The notes beneath the pieces are model-generated. The model searched no databases, was not told the origin of the DNA, and saw only the letters and a program-made list of their open reading frames with translations. The position numbers were made by a program, and so were the translations under genes. Shown piece by piece: positions 25,001-36,938 of a stretch of 64,000 nt of DNA; the stretch's first letter is position 1, and each line of letters begins with the position of its first letter. The stretch is from contig LSRY02000042.1 in the NCBI GenBank assembly GCA_001643675.2, positions 620,001 through 684,000 on the forward strand. Direction: 5' to 3'. Origin of the DNA: Monocercomonoides exilis PA203 (lineage: Eukaryota; Protista; Preaxostyla).

Positions 25001-26702
25001 TCCTCTTTCTTCTCCTTCTTCTCCTTCTCCTTCTTCACCTCATCCTCATTTTTATAATCAAAATTATCATATTAATAATATTTATAATAATATTCTTCAT
25101 TTACAGACCCATCCTCATACACAAACACAAACACAAACACTTTCACAAACACATTCACAAACACATTCATATTTTCATTCACATTCACATTCACATTCAC
25201 TTCCACCATCACAATTGCCATCTTCCTCTTTCTCTTATTGTAAACCAACCTCTTCATTCTTCTCTTCCTCTTCCTCTTCATTTTCTTCTTCTTCTCCTTC
25301 TTCTTCTTCTCCTTTCTTTTCTTCCTCCTCTTCTTCCTCTTCTTCCTCTTCTACTCATTCGCAAGCACATTCTATTCAAAATCAAACAAGAATAAACAAA
25401 GATGATGTTACTAATAAGAAGGATATTATTAAATCCAAAGGAAATGATAAGGAAAAGGAAAAGGAGAAAGAGAAAGAAAGAGGAAGAGGAAGAGGAAAGG
25501 AAAGAAGAAATGAAAAAGAAAATGCTTCACCAAAAAAGATAAGCAATGCAAACAACACATTCATGTCTGTCCTTCATCCATATGATGGAAAACAAAATAA
25601 AACTTTTCAATCTTCTTCTTCTTCTCCTTCTCCTTCTCCTCCTTCTCCTTCTCCTTCTTCCTCTTCCTTTTCTCCTTCATTTCTCAGCCAGAAAGAGTAC
25701 AGCCATTCATCTGCTTCCATTTCTGACTTCTGTCTGATCGACTCTCCTCTCTCACAAGACGACCCCCAAAGACATCAGCTCAGCATCCCTCCGTTTCTGA
25801 ATGCCATTTCTTCTTCTTCTTCTTTTGCTTCTTCTTCCTCTTCTTCTTCCTCCTCATTTTCTTCTTCTTTTCCTGTAAAACAAATGATTTTGCCTTTATC
25901 TTCATCATCATCATCATCTTCTTCTTCTTCTTCTTCTTCTGATCTTTCTTCTTCATTCAATTCTTTTGATAGAAACGCTTCTGTCAGCTTGTCAGCACCA
26001 ACATCATTCCTTTTGGATGAAGCAGAAACAGTCAAATATTCGCTTCAATCTGTTCCTCGTTGCTTTCCTCTTCAATCTTCTTCTTCTTCTTCACATTCTT
26101 CTTCCTTTTTCTCTTCTTCTCCTCCTTTGCCTCCTCCCCCTCCCCCTCCGAAACCTCTTCCATTGCTTTCTTCTTCTTCCTCTCCCTCCGTTTCTTTCCC
26201 TTCTTCTTCTTCTTCTTCATTTTATTACCCACTTTCCATTGAAAAAGCTGATATGAATATTAACTTATCAAATTCTTCTTCTTCCTCCTCCTCCTCTTCC
26301 TCTTCTCCTTCTTCTCTTTTTCATTCTTTTCATCAGCCCAATCAGCTTTTTCTGTCTCAATCGCCATTCACTCACTCAAAATATCATCTGTTTCATCCAC
26401 AAACAGAAGGAAAAGAGAGAAATGAGAATGAAAAGAGAGAAGAAAGAGCATTAAGAAAGGGAGAAAGAGAAGGAGAAAGAGAAGAGAGAGAAGAAGGGAA
26501 AGAAGAAGAAGAAGAAGAAGAGAAGAGAAAGAGGATGAGGAAGAGGAGGATGGAGAAGAAGAGGTGGACGAGAATGAAGACAATTCAGCAGAGATTGACT
26601 GAGACAGGTGCATCTGAGACAAAAGAATTAGATGAAGTCGATTTTGGGCTGAGAGATAACTGCGATTGGGATGAGGACGAAGAAGACACAGACGAAAAAT
26701 AA
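19293..26702 (+). CDS. Very large low-complexity protein (poly-S, KE, HS, N tracts), ~2440-2469 aa
   Basis: 7.4-kb stop-free frame across microsatellite-like tracts. Likelier start MTDKKSQ at 19386. No recognisable domain. Confidence 0.75.
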
Positions 26703-27318
26703 AGGGAATAAATAAAGTTAAAGAAAGAAAGAAAGAAAGAAAGAAAGAATAAATAAGAAAATTTGATTAATAATTATTTATTATTATATTGATATATTTT
26801 ATTATTTTGTGAACTTGTTGAATTATGATTATTATTATTATTTTATTAATAAAAAGTCTGCTTTCTTTGTGTTATTCTTACAGAAATAGATATGCATTCT
26901 TATTTTCTTTTTGCTGTATTAATGTGAATATGATAACTTCTTCGTTTTTCCTCTTGTTTGACGTGGCTGTGCAAAAGATTTTATTTTATTTTAATTTAAT
27001 TTTTTAATTTGTGTGTAAATCGCAAAATCAAATCCTTTCTCTTATAATGTGAGGCTTTTCTTGTTGAAAGCATGTTGCAATTGCAAACAGCTTGATATTG
27101 TTCTTTTTTTCAGTTCAAATTATTGTTTAAACGAGTTTATCACACATTTTTAGATTTTGAAAATACAGGAAATGTTGTTCAAAATGAGAATTTTTGCAAT
27201 CGAATAAAAAATTTTGCAAACAAAATAATAATAATAATTTATTCAAAATCGAAAATTCAAAAAAAAAAAAGATAAAAATTATAAAAAAATAAAATAAAAT
27301 CAAAATAATAAAGAAATA

Positions 27319-27354
<36 letters not shown>

Positions 27355-28399
27355 AAAATACTTCCATCTTTGGGAGTCAATAAAATGAATGAAAATTGAA
27401 AAATCATGAAAAGATAAGAAGAAATATTTAAAGCACAACAACTATTTCAACAAAAACTGGATGAATTACAAATGCGAAAAGAGGAAAAATGTCTGAGATG
27501 GCAAAAGAAGAACTGTGAAGATTTAGTCATTTCAAAACATTGCAAACGAGCGTTCACAACAACAGTCATTTGGTTGGGATAAATATTTGATTTGAAGTAT
27601 TTGAAGGACACGCATTTTCCACGAATTCGTAATTGATCAAGTTTATTTATTATTATATGACACAGCATGAACGTTCGATTCATTTTCAATAACAACTATC
27701 ATAACATCTTATAATCCTTTTCATTGAAAATTTACACTTTTTGTAATCCTCTTTTTCACTCAATTTTCTATAACAGTTGAATAACTTTTCGATGAAAATA
27801 TCTATATCATTATAGGATTCTTAGCATTCTTCAGTTGAACATGAAAGAGCTTTTTTCATAATAAATATATATTAAACTTATGCTTTTTTGAACTTTCCAA
27901 GAGTTTCATTCTCTTCAATAACAGAAAATTAATTTTAGTTGTTGGAAGAAATCAGAAAGATTTCTTTTATTTTTGAAGATAAGTGAAAGAATGTGGAATA
28001 ATGTTATATGAAAGCGTGGATTACAATTTTTTAATAATGAATATTTAAAAATGAAAGAGTATACTTGGAAAAAGCAACACATCATTGAAACTGAATTTTC
28101 TTCTGGAAATATATCAGATGCATCATCTCTAAAAAAAGTATTTCTAAAAATAGAAAAGAAATTGAATGGTTTGACACAAAAATGTTTCATGAGTCAAAGC
28201 ATTCGTCAGGCTTATTTGACATATGAGGAAAATGTTTTTTTTTTTGAAATAAAAAAAAAGAAAAAAAATTGAGAAAAAATGATGATGGATATACAATTAT
28301 AAAGATATTTGGTTGGACAAAAGATTGGACATATTACTCATTGTGGATGCGGATATTGGATTTTAACTCAAATACCACATTTTTTTTTATTAAGTTGAA

Positions 28400-29758
28400 T
28401 TAAGATCTTCTTTTTTTCACCACAATGACAATCACCACGATTGCAATTGCAATCACGACAACAATCGGAACAACAATTGCAACAATCAATCCAACGTTCG
28501 ATTTCTTTTTATCTTCTGTTGCTGGATCGTTTTTTGGATTATTGTGTTTCTTCACGTATTTCTCAACAATGTCTATTGGTTCTGATTTTGAATCTGCCGC
28601 TGCCTTTATCCACCCTGCATTAGAATCATTGTAATCATTGGCAAACTCAAATGCATTATCTTGATTGCAGAATTCTTCAATATCAGGAGCAATAATGAAC
28701 AATGAAGTAACAGATGAATTTGCTGTGTTTGAGCTGTCAATTTCAAGATTGTTTGCTGATGGTAGCTGCAGTTGTGATGCTGCCTTTGGTAAGTCAATGA
28801 ACAGTGCGCCTGACTTTCCGTTTGGGGCTGTACAAGATTTAAATGTGCATTTTCTTTTTCTTCCAATGGAAACGACAGAAACATTTGAGCGAACCCACAT
28901 CTCCACACCAGCTGTCTCTCCATCTTCTGATTTTGCTTCATTCACTGTTAATCCATCAATTGTAATGTTAGCCGGCTGACTTTCTCTATCAGATATGTAA
29001 ATTGCTCCTCGAATCTCCAAATTCACTTTCTTTATGTCCACGCCATTCAATGATACTTCACTTGCTCCAGAGATATAAAATGGACATGCAGAAAACAAAA
29101 CAGTGTTGTATTCATCTGTGCATGTAACATTTTCGATATAGACTTTTCCTGTGTCCACAACAACCAGTGCATGAACTTTTGGAGTGTTATGCAAATGTTT
29201 TATTTGATCAATTCTTTGTGATTGAAAAGCGGATCTTTCAAATCGACAGTTGTTGATGGATAGTGATGATGAACCCTCTGGAGCATAAATAAGGAATGCC
29301 CAGCTGGGATTAGACATGGGGAAAATAAACTCCAAATATTCATATTCAACAGTGTTTTTGCACTCCAATAAAGACATGGTATTTCCAGGGACTTCACAAT
29401 TAATCTTAACCTCTTCATTATCTTTTCCATCACTTTTGAATCCTCCAATAGTTATTTTCGTCTTATCAAAAGAAATCACTTCTGCATCAAGTGGGGTTGC
29501 ATCTTTAATTACTTTGATTGTCAAACTATCTCCTTCTTGATTCAATTTTGACAAGGCATTTGAAAAACTGTTCACTGCTTGATCAACTGAAGAACCATCG
29601 TTCCGTGCTCCTCCGCTTTGTCTAACATAAACTTCAGTCAAGCCAGAGTTTTCAATTTCTTGAGTGAGCACAAGCACAGTCGCAATAAAGAGGAAAGTAC
29701 TTTGTTGCATTATTGATGATGTTCTTTTCTCTCGGTAGCAATAGATCTTTACTCTCAT
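28400..29758 (-). CDS. Type I membrane surface protein with probable right-handed beta-helix ectodomain
   Basis: Signal-like N-terminus (MQQSTFLFIATVLVL); VYVRQSGG..NDGSS, INNCRF and FKSCTAPNGKSGALFI beta-helix-type motifs; C-terminal TM GLIVAIVVPIVVVIAIAIVVIVIVV followed by KKRRS. Confidence 0.85.
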   Translation of the reverse strand: MRVKIYCYREKRTSSIMQQSTFLFIATVLVLTQEIENSGLTEVYVRQSGGARNDGSSVDQAVNSFSNALSKLNQEGDSLTIKVIKDATPLDAEVISFDKTKITIGGFKSDGKDNEEVKINCEVPGNTMSLLECKNTVEYEYLEFIFPMSNPSWAFLIYAPEGSSSLSINNCRFERSAFQSQRIDQIKHLHNTPKVHALVVVDTGKVYIENVTCTDEYNTVLFSACPFYISGASEVSLNGVDIKKVNLEIRGAIYISDRESQPANITIDGLTVNEAKSEDGETAGVEMWVRSNVSVVSIGRKRKCTFKSCTAPNGKSGALFIDLPKAASQLQLPSANNLEIDSSNTANSSVTSLFIIAPDIEEFCNQDNAFEFANDYNDSNAGWIKAAADSKSEPIDIVEKYVKKHNNPKNDPATEDKKKSNVGLIVAIVVPIVVVIAIAIVVIVIVVKKRRS

Positions 29759-30120
29759 TATATGTATCAGATAGATTTCAATCTATGGTGCCACCTTGAA
29801 TGTATTGTGCGCCTGTCAATATTGCTTCTGTTATCAAAATACATCAAAATGTTTTTCAATTCAAAAACTTTATGTGACAGTAATTATCTTAAATGCTTTA
29901 ATTATCACATAATTCTTCTTTGATCGCAAAACAATAAACCATCAACAAAACTTCAATTATTTTCATCTCATTTGTTCTTTAACATCCAAAAACAAAAACA
30001 GACTTCGAGAAAAAAATTTTTGTTTTTTTCAAGATTATTGATGTGATGTGTTGTTGATTATTTTGTGTTTTTTCTTTTCTTTTCGTTTTCTTTTTTTTTC
30101 TGTTTATCTTTCTTTCATTC

Positions 30121-30173
<53 letters not shown>

Positions 30174-30229
30174 GCACTTTTTTCTTTATTGGAACCAAAA
30201 TTTTTTTGAAAAGAAAAAAGTTAAAAACA

Positions 30230-31801
30230 CGTCAAAAAATACAAAACTCGAATCAATTACTCTTTTTTCTTTTCTTTTTCCATTTTCACATTCAAAGGAA
30301 TCAAATTCATAACTTGTTTCATCGTCATCATTCTTTTTTTTTTTGAACGTCCTTTTCACTTTTTTCTCCAAAAGCAATTCCTCTTCTTCAATTTCCTTTT
30401 CCTTTTCAACAATTTCTTCAATTTCTTTCTCTCAATATCTTCAATTATCACCTTGTTTTTTTTTTTTATTATAGTCATTCCATTCATCAAGAAGCTTTTC
30501 TTTTAATATTTCTTTTCCGAAGAAGTCGAAACAATGTGAATGAGAAGGAATGAAGTATTGAGAAGACTGAGGAAGCTTCGACAGCACAGATCCAGATCAA
30601 TTGTTGAGGACTCCGCTGTTGTTGAAGGCTTTTTTGATGACTGATGGGGTGAATGCTGTGTGAAGGGCTTGTGGAAACACATCGGCGGCGGCTGTTCTTT
30701 TTGAAGATGAGGAGGTGGATGATGGAGAACTGTTATTGCTTGAAAGTTCCGACTATAACACTGCAAACACGCCTCTTTCCAGCGGCTGCGATATGTGTGC
30801 GGTGTGTGGAACAAATGTGACGACGTCTATTTCATCTTCCTTAAACTTTCTCCATATCGTTGGATCTGCTCGCGATGAGTGTGAATCCAGGGAAGAAGGC
30901 AACAATGAGATTCTTTTCGAATTCGCTTTCTTTTGTCAATGATAGCAGGCCGCAGGACTGTTAAGGTGTATTTTTTGAATGTTGTTTTGTCCATCCAGCC
31001 GTTTGTATTTGGCCATATGTCAAGCGACGGCGTTAACAGTATTGTCAGTTCTTTCGGAAAATTTGCACTCGACCACAGCACGACAGACGGAAGCGAGAAG
31101 CCATCAGCAGCGATTCCAGCAACGAGAGTGGCATTCGGCATCCGTTCGGCAGTTTTTTGAACCAACTTTGTTCATCTGCGGGATGAACAACTACACCACG
31201 TGTAGAAGTTGGAATGTGAAGCGAAGATTCATCGATATTGAAGATTATTTCCTCTGGATATTTGTTTGCATCGTGAAATGAATGAAATTCTGTGTTCCAC
31301 GGCTTTAGGACTTTCTGACAAGATGCTGCAAGTCTGTTGATATCAACTTGCTTTGGAAGCTATGACTTCAATTCCGGATGGAGCTTTATGAATGCGTTAA
31401 CAGTCTTCAGAGTTGCTGTTTTTTTTCTTCTTTTCTTCATTTTCTCCTTCTTCTTCACTATCGTAAATTATATTTTCCATCCAAATACCAATTAATATTC
31501 AATTCAAATGTCAATAGCAAACCAGATCACGGGCTTTTCGTAACGAGAGGCTTGACCCAGATCGGGATTCAATTGCAACTTCTTCCAAGAATTGCTTTTC
31601 TTTTTCACCGCTGATAATTGGTGGGTGTCCAACTTTTGCAATATGCCTGCCGTTTTTTATTGCTTTTCCAGCGTGCTCCAAAGATTTTTTGCTTATTCCA
31701 CCGTATTTAACACCGTCGACCAGCCTGACAACATTGTCATGAACAATGTGTGCAATCATTTCCGATCTTGAACTATATTTTCTGTAACGAAATGCAGACA
31801 T
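30230..31801 (-). pseudogene. Second pogo-like DDE_1 transposase pseudogene (intron 31481-31522)
   Basis: KVGHPPIISGEKEKQF, IIFNIDES, NGWMDKTTFKKY, LDSHSSR, TFVPHTAHISQPLERGVF across frames. Homologous to 7836-9375, with stops and frameshifts. TIRs not found. Confidence 0.85.
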
Positions 31802-31904
31802 TGCTTCCTTCAGCCGCTTCTGCGCTGCTTCAGCTTACTTTTTCACTAGTAATTTCATTTATATATTATGGGAAATGTTTATTAACATATTTTTTTTAAT
31901 ATAT

Positions 31905-32159
31905 AGGTAATTATTTTTGAAACCATAATTTTTCAAACAAAAATTTCTGTCTGAGTCTTCATTTAAAATGCAGATTAATCGATACTGCAAAGTTTAAGCT
32001 GCTCTAAAGATTGTTTTTAAAAATACGTTCTCGAATAGAGTTTTTTCAAACAAGTTTAATGTTTTTTTTCCCTTCAAAAGAATAGTTCCTCTTCCAAGAA
32101 ACAAAATTTTAGAATTACAAACACCCCGAAAAATGTTATGATTTCAAAAATAATCACCC
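31905..32159. mobile_element. MITE family A copy (255 bp), TSD ATAT
   Basis: TIRs AGGTAATTATTTTTGAAACCATAA / TTATGATTTCAAAAATAATCACCC, with ATAT on both sides. Confidence 0.8.
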
Positions 32160-32196
32160 ATATTTAAATTCTTTTTAAAGAATTTTTAATTAATAT

Positions 32197-32464
32197 GGGG
32201 AAAAATACAGACTTTCAAGCATTTTTTGCACAAGGCATTGAAAAATTGCTTCACTCATAACTTAATTTCTCTTTCTCAGATTTTTAAATTAATGAGATTT
32301 TAATATCCATAAGAAGGCATCATTGATGAAATAACAAAATGCTTTGTGACATTTCACGAATGTCAAAAAATGGACTCATTTTAAATGTGCTTTTTGATCG
32401 AAAAAATTCGATAAAAAGTACAAATTTTTTCAGTGAAAGTGCTTGAAGTGAAAAATTTTTCCAC
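32197..32464. mobile_element. MITE family B copy (268 bp, inverted relative to the other two), TSD ATAT
   Basis: Reverse complement of the 34922 and 36165 copies along its length. ATAT at 32193-32196 and 32465-32468. Confidence 0.75.
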
Positions 32465-32899
32465 ATATTTAAATTTTTGAATGAATTAGAAATATTTACA
32501 AACCTAGGTGCAGTCCAGTTTCTCATGAAAGCACAATGGAAGGACTTGAACCCTTCCACATGAAAAATTGGATTTATTTCAAAATTCAAATATAAGAAAA
32601 CTTGACATTTGAATATGTTACAGAATTATTTTTTATAAAATATCATTTGTGTGAAGGATTAATTATCTCTTCAAATTAAAAGTGCCGATAAAAAGAAGAC
32701 TTTATACACTTTTGTTTCGGTTGACAATAAATAAGGGAAGAGGAAGAGGATAAAGATGAAGAAGTGAAAGGAGGGAGAAACACAGTTGTTGAAGTTGAAT
32801 GGATTGATATAAATGATAATTCTTCACTTTTCTATGTGACCTACTTTTCAAGCATTATTTCCTGGAAAGTGATGTTCTTGATCTGTTTTTTGAAAATGA

Positions 32900-34270
32900 A
32901 ATGAGACTGGACAAACAAATGAACAATTGAAAACAAGAAAAGAAAAGGATTTGGTGGATGTGCTGGGTTGGCGATGTGGATCAGGAGTTGCTCCTTTGAA
33001 TGTTATGAATTGGTATCAGCAGACTCAGAAGTTTCAACAAAGTGACTTAGTGCAGAAAAGAAGGGATCGTAGACTCTGTATATGACATTCCTGAAGACGT
33101 AACAATAAATGTGGGAGATGCTCCCCACACTGTCTGTAGGGCACATCAAACCAATAACTTTTTCGTCAAAAAAATGTGATTAACGCTGATTTTTTTGATT
33201 TCACAAGGATTGATTCATGTGGCTGTAAAGGTTTCTTTCTCAATTGGTGAGAAAGACGAGAAGACTGCGAACGATCAACATGAACTGAAAGTTAACACTA
33301 TCTTAATAAGGTGATAATTACACACAGTGGCGATGAGATGGAGAAAGTTTATTCATTGAGACATCGCCAAATGATATTCTTTCGAAGCTTGATATTGCAC
33401 ATTTCTTTTGGTTGAGCTATGCAGAAATTAACGGAGAAGATTTGCTGTGTGTTCGCAAGGCCGAGGAAGAAAGTTGAGCAGAAGGTGAGTGAAAAAAGAA
33501 TGCATGAAAGTTAAATGAAATTCTCGATTCAAAAATCTTTTTTTTTTAATGACTCCATGTAAGAAAACTTGGCTGAAGCTTCAGATATCGAGAAAAAGAG
33601 TTTGAAAGCGAGATGATTGCATTTGTTGATGGAATTGCGTCTGACGTTTGTGAACAATTCTTTCATTGAAAACGATAAAAAAGAGATAAAGGGGAAAAAG
33701 TGAAGAAATGATAAAAAATAAAATAATTTCTTTAAAAGAAATTCGAAAAAGTGATTAAAAAGAGTATTCAATTATCTGTTTTATTGAATGAAGTTTTTGA
33801 AATTCAATCTTTGTTTTCTTTGGTTGTTGGCATGCTATTCTTGAATGGGAATTGGGCGATTGTGCAGCCATTGAAGAACGCATCGTTGCTCCTTCAGTTT
33901 GAAGCGATGTTGTTGTCGAAGAAACAAAAAGTGATGAGTTTAACTCCACACATCCAGGAATATGCATCTCCGAAGCATTGCTGCACATCCTCCTGAAGTT
34001 GAAGTTGATGCCAATTAATTATTCACGAATTGGCAATCATAAACCAATAATATCTCTGGTTTATTATTCGGATAATTATGAAATGTTGGAGAATCAGCAG
34101 CATCACCATTAGAATTTGAAATGCATTTGTATTTGGTGAGCATGAATTGACCATTTTCTGGGAACGCACCAATACCTAAATACCAGCCAGTTCCGCACCA
34201 AAATGTTATTGAACAATTTTCAATCCTCTTATCTGAGAACAAAAAACACAATTTGATTGTGGATTGCAAA
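32900..34270 (-). pseudogene. Decayed beta-helix surface-protein gene
   Basis: Fragments such as LLVYDCQFVNN*LASTSTSGGCAAML...FCFFDNNIASN*RSNDAFF resemble GGA/FxxN repeats. Many stops; boundaries approximate. Confidence 0.5.
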
Positions 34271-34921
34271 CATATTCTGTACTTCTGCGAACTCAGAAAA
34301 GTTTGTGAAGTTAGAATTACCTTAACTAACATAATTTCTAACTTTCTAATAATAATAATACGCAAGGTTAATTTTTTTAAATATTGTCAAAAAATCAATA
34401 TGCAAATGAGAGATTTCAACAAATATAAATACATAAAAATGTGTTCAAAAAAAGATAAAAAGGGACAAAACACAATCTCAATTTGTTTCTTTTGATTAGC
34501 TAATTTGCATGATGCATTGATCAATTAACGATTCAAAAGAATTCGCGTTGAAAACTTCAAATAAAGATGAAAATTTTAAATTATGGGATTGATCAAATAA
34601 TGCTTTTCGATGAAATTCTTGTTAAATAATCAAAATACTATTCCACAAAAAAGTGCTATTTTTTTGTTATTCATTTCTATTTTGTTGAATAGAAAAAAAT
34701 CATTAAATCGAAAGAGGTATTTTTTCACACTTATTCACCGCATTTAGTAATTATTCCTTTTTTATTATTTTCATTGAGAAATCAAAACTTTTTCCATCAA
34801 TTTTGCGAAAGCTTGTTAACCATCAATGATCTTTAATGTTCTTTTTTCAGTTGCAATTTTAACTGAAATTGTTTTGAATGGTTAATTTGAGAAAATTCGA
34901 AGACAGAAACAGACCTAATAT

Positions 34922-35191
34922 GGTGCAAAATTTTTTCCTTCAGGAATTTTCACAGAAAAATTTTGCACTTTTGATAACTTTTTGTGAAAAAAAAATTCAT
35001 TGAAAATAAGAACAACTTTTGTATTAGGCGTGAGTTCATAAAATATTTCGTTATTGTTTCAATGATGAATGTTTTCACATATGAAATAATAACTTATTTT
35101 GAAATCTGATAAAAATGCAAAAAATTATGAGCAAAACATATATTTTTTCATTCATGCAAAAAAAAAAACCTGAAAGTCCCAATTTTCCCCC
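34922..35191. mobile_element. MITE family B copy (270 bp), TSD ATAT
   Basis: GGTGCAAAATTTTT...TGAAAGTCCCAATTTTCCCCC flanked by ATAT/ATAT. Colinear with 36165-36432. Confidence 0.75.
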
Positions 35192-35391
35192 ATATAATGA
35201 ATACAGATAACAAAGAAAAAATTCCTTTATTCAATTTTTGAAAACTTTTGAACTGAATCTTGATGTTTTAAATAATAATGTTGTTGCTTTTGAAATTGAT
35301 TTCCATGTTTGATTTCTGTTAGATTGTAACTTTCATGTTTTTGACGCTTTATCTTCAAATGGAATAATCAGCATTGTTTGGAATAATTCCG

Positions 35392-35452
<61 letters not shown>
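35392..35452. repeat. A61 homopolymer
   Basis: Directly visible. Confidence 0.95.
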
Positions 35453-35454
<2 letters not shown>

Positions 35455-35925
35455 GGTTTTCCTCCTTATTGAATATTTATGTGACATGACAAGTTATAAA
35501 ATCCTTTGTCTGTGAAAAGAAAAAAAAGAATAATTTTTTTTATTTTATTGAAAATTAATAAAAATAAATAAAATCAAATAAATGAAATTAAAACAATATG
35601 AAACAAACGATATCGAAAACTTTTGAAGATTATATAAAGAGCTTTGGAAAAGATTTGTTGATTGCAATTTAAATATTTGTCTTTTTCTCTTTTGTCATTG
35701 ACTGTAAGTGGCTGTCAGTGATGGTGAATGACAAATTGCGACAAAAAAGTGCTTCAACTGATATTTCCTATCAAAAAAAATGTTAGGAACTTTATCATAT
35801 TAATTTGTAATATTATTTTTAAAAAATAATAAGAATTGTTGAATGTCGATTTTCAGATTGATTGTTTATGTTATTAAGAATTGTGAATTCGTTATGAAAA
35901 ACCATTTTTGACAAATTAAAAATAT

Positions 35926-36140
35926 GGTTCATTATTTTTGAAATCATAACTTTTTTCGGGGTGTTAATTTTTCAAAGAATGAATGCCTTTGGGAAGAAAT
36001 TTTGAATTCAAATGCTAAAATTATCACAACTGTTTCAAAAACAGATGCATAATCTGAAATTAAAATAAAGAGTTCTTGAATATGTCCGTTCGCTTTTCAC
36101 CGTGCATTTGAAGATATTCAAAAAATTTTTCTTTCAAAAA
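35926..36140. mobile_element. Partial MITE family A copy (inverted)
   Basis: ATAT followed by GGTTCATTATTTTTGAAATCATAACTTTTTTCGGGGTG, the revcomp of the right end of the family A copies. The second TIR is not evident. Confidence 0.6.
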
Positions 36141-36164
36141 ATTTTGAATAAATATATATGATAT

Positions 36165-36432
36165 GGGACAAAATTTTTGATTTCAGGCATTTTCATAGAA
36201 AAATCATGCACTTTTGATAAGCGTTTTGTAAACAAAAAATCCAATAAAAATGGGTTCATTTTTTGACATACATGGAATGTCACAAAACTTTTCTAATAAC
36301 AACTTTTATGGCTTTTTGCTGTAAAGAAAAACCAATTTATTTTGAAATCTGAGAATGATTGATAAAGTTATGAGTGAATCAATTTTTTTATGCTTTGTGC
36401 AAAAAAAAGCTTGAAAGTCAATATTTTCCCCC
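36165..36432. mobile_element. MITE family B copy (268 bp), flanks ATAT/TTAT
   Basis: GGGACAAAATTTTT...TGAAAGTCAATATTTTCCCCC. Shares GCACTTTTGATAA and TTATTTTGAAATCTGA blocks with the 34922 copy. Confidence 0.75.
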
Positions 36433-36938
36433 TTATCAAAAATTATCACACAGTCATTAAAAGCTTATGATAAAATCTTTAAGAAAAAAAGAGAAAATAT
36501 ATCTTTTAGGTTTTCATTTGGAAAAAGATGGTTTATCTTTTGTCAATGTGTTTATTAGGGTTGTATTTAACGAAAACTTTTAATTAGATCAACTGATTAG
36601 GGTTTTTTATTTAAAGAAAGGAAGATTTCTAAATAAAAATTTATATTGGTTTTTGAAAAAAGGTTTTCTCAGCTTTGAATCACTGTTATCAGAAAATCAC
36701 TTTCGAAATATCATAATTGAATCAATTAATAATTGTACAAATAAATAAAAATATATTAATTGATTTTTTTTTTCGGTCGTTATCTGCCCACTTACCAAAT
36801 ACAATAATTATAATAGGATATTATTTTGAATCTCCTCCTTTCATTAAAAAATTATCCGATAATCTTAATCATGGGTTGATCATAACCTAATTTGGAAGAA
36901 TAAAACACCAAATCAGTCTTTGATTGAACTAATCAAAA

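Noticed and set aside
19782-26622. Dozens of short overlapping ORFs (poly-F/L/E/K) within the long low-complexity genes, likewise across 39170-55244
   Set aside because: Shadow frames of trinucleotide-rich coding sequence that lack stops by composition.
27440-28380. Possible decayed coding fragment
   Set aside because: Short AT-rich ORFs with no recognisable motifs.
29770-32600. TIRs for the second pogo pseudogene
   Set aside because: No matching inverted pair found; the nearby inverted repeats belong to the MITEs.
35392-35452. A61 run as a retroposon poly(A) tail
   Set aside because: No TSD, upstream ORF or Pol III head identified; treated as a simple homopolymer.
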